This document shows positions 62,756 to 64,000 of a DNA stretch of 64,000 nt, piece by piece. Both the position numbers and the translations under genes were made by a program. The notes under the pieces are model-generated. The model ran no database searches and was not told the origin of the DNA. It worked only from the letters and a program-made list of their open reading frames with translations. The stretch is from Bacteriovoracia bacterium. GTDB lineage: Bacteria; Bdellovibrionota; UBA1018; CAIPTA01. How positions within the stretch are numbered: the stretch's first letter is position 1; the number at the start of each line of letters is the position of its first letter. The stretch covers positions 32,001 to 96,000 of the forward strand of contig JBFWVL010000004.1 in the NCBI GenBank assembly GCA_050246755.1, written 5' to 3'.

Positions 62756-64000
62756 ATGAAACGTATTGTGGCCGCGGTATTTTTTGTATTGTTGCCGGTT
62801 CAAGGCTTTGCTAAGGAAACTTTGCGCAAGTTTCGCTGGGCGGGGGGAAGCGTGCAAAAAAGCCCAAATTTTTTCCTGCCGGTTTCCGCGAAGGTCGACG
62901 TACCGATCGCGCACCGACAACTGTTGCGGGGAGTGGGAGAATTCGTCGCGAGGGGAGGGCAGATGATAGGTCTGGCGCACGTGGCGGGCTCCTGGAAGCA
63001 GACCATTCTTGGGCCAAATGGCGAGATCACTTATTCGGCCGGAATGGTAGCGGATAACGTCCCGTTAAAAATAAGCCTCAAGGGCGGCGAAGCGGCGCTG
63101 ACCGACGCGCTCGAAAAATCGCTGGCTTCCATTCCCGAAATCAAGGAAGCGTCTCGCGTTTTTCCACCCACGCTTGAGGTCAAGGAAGAAAAAGGAATTT
63201 GGACCCCTTACTGGAAGGTAGAATACCTCACGGCCTCCCAAGATCAGCTTCGCTTTTTGCATATTTCTGAAGAAGGAAAAATTCTGGCGCGGGGAGCTTT
63301 AGCATGGGATGGGGCCGATGGGCGAGCCATGGTATTACCCAAAGGCTCAGGACAGGGAGGAGCGGAAGAAAAGGTTCTCCGTGATCTGTCCGGCGACGGA
63401 ACGGTGACCGGGCGCTTGCTTCACGTAATTTCCGCTCTTGATCTTAAGGTATGGTCACCGCAACTGACATTCTTTTTTCCCGAAACGGATCGCCGCTTTG
63501 ATCTTGGGCAAGCGTACTTCACGATTGACCAAGGGTACCGGTGGCTCAAGGATCACCTTGGGGTAGAGCTCAATCACCCCATCGAGGTGCGATTGCACGT
63601 GGGAAACGGCGGGGTAAGTAACGCCGCCTTTTATCACGCCAATACGATCTATCTCGGCACCGGCGATGGCGAGACCTACAAAGAAATGATCAGGGATCCC
63701 TCGGTGCTCATTCACGAAAGCATTCACGCGGTAATCGATGCGTATGCTGGCCTTCCGTCGGAAGGAGAAGGCGGCGGCTTTAACGAAGGCTTTGCGGATC
63801 TCTTTACGGCACTAATTCTTGATAATCCGCGGATGGGGGAGGCGTCGTATTTAAAGGGGCCGTACCGCAGAACGCTTGAGAATCGCCTGATCGCGTACCG
63901 TGATTTTGCGCCCGGTGTTTATCAAAACGGCCAGATCGTGGCCGGAACTTTTTGGGATATGAAGAGCGCGCTTGGCACTGAGCTCACGGCAAAGCTCGCG
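62756..64000 (+). CDS. Secreted M4/M36 thermolysin-like zinc metalloprotease (3' partial; absent from the ORF track)
   Basis: Translated by hand from ATG 62756 (AGGAG RBS): MKRIVAAVFFVLLPVQGFA signal, NAAFY, IYLGTGDG, HESIH, GGFNEGFAD; runs off the window end. Confidence 0.88.
   Translation, partial: MKRIVAAVFFVLLPVQGFAKETLRKFRWAGGSVQKSPNFFLPVSAKVDVPIAHRQLLRGVGEFVARGGQMIGLAHVAGSWKQTILGPNGEITYSAGMVADNVPLKISLKGGEAALTDALEKSLASIPEIKEASRVFPPTLEVKEEKGIWTPYWKVEYLTASQDQLRFLHISEEGKILARGALAWDGADGRAMVLPKGSGQGGAEEKVLRDLSGDGTVTGRLLHVISALDLKVWSPQLTFFFPETDRRFDLGQAYFTIDQGYRWLKDHLGVELNHPIEVRLHVGNGGVSNAAFYHANTIYLGTGDGETYKEMIRDPSVLIHESIHAVIDAYAGLPSEGEGGGFNEGFADLFTALILDNPRMGEASYLKGPYRRTLENRLIAYRDFAPGVYQNGQIVAGTFWDMKSALGTELTAKLA

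Noticed and set aside
1-64000. CRISPR arrays, tRNA/rRNA genes, IS elements, integrases, prophage or known defence systems
   Set aside because: No regularly spaced repeats, cloverleaf-like sequences, or transposase/integrase motifs were recognised; the intergenic gaps are short.

Overview
Bacterial chromosomal segment. Gene content and the many secreted or lipoprotein hypotheticals suggest a Bdellovibrionota-like organism (inference). Positions 1-37 kb hold mostly housekeeping and envelope genes: pcrA/uvrD, gatCAB-asmA-ppx, an RluA-family synthase, ddl, mazG, mscS, htpX, terC, the TIGR03545/03546 pair and a MurC-like ligase. Interleaved are a degenerate sigma/anti-sigma pair, a FabH-like/SDR/acyl-CoA ligase/hydrolase cluster and several secreted proteins. 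Positions 38-62.7 kb form a low-oxygen/stress island: cbb3 oxidase ccoI-S-NO-Q-P-G, HemG, a universal stress protein, three CBS proteins, a Zn-ADH, a beta-CASP nuclease, an eRF1-like protein, and a soluble PAS kinase with an NtrC-family sigma54 activator. Best candidates for undescribed systems: (1) a sigma54 regulon marked by repeated -24/-12 promoters, most preceded 60-72 bp upstream by a TGAGAC-N5-GTCTCA-type palindrome; (2) a secreted precursor with a duplicated ELDN motif and a Tyr-rich tail, encoded just upstream of a subtilase with almost no prodomain; (3) an ORF-less structured RNA with sigma54/IHF/UAS promoter architecture at about 12.24-12.39 kb; (4) a secreted protein with two GGDEF/palm-like halves. 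No tRNA, rRNA, CRISPR array, transposase or integrase was recognised. All family assignments are from motif recognition by eye; no database search was run.
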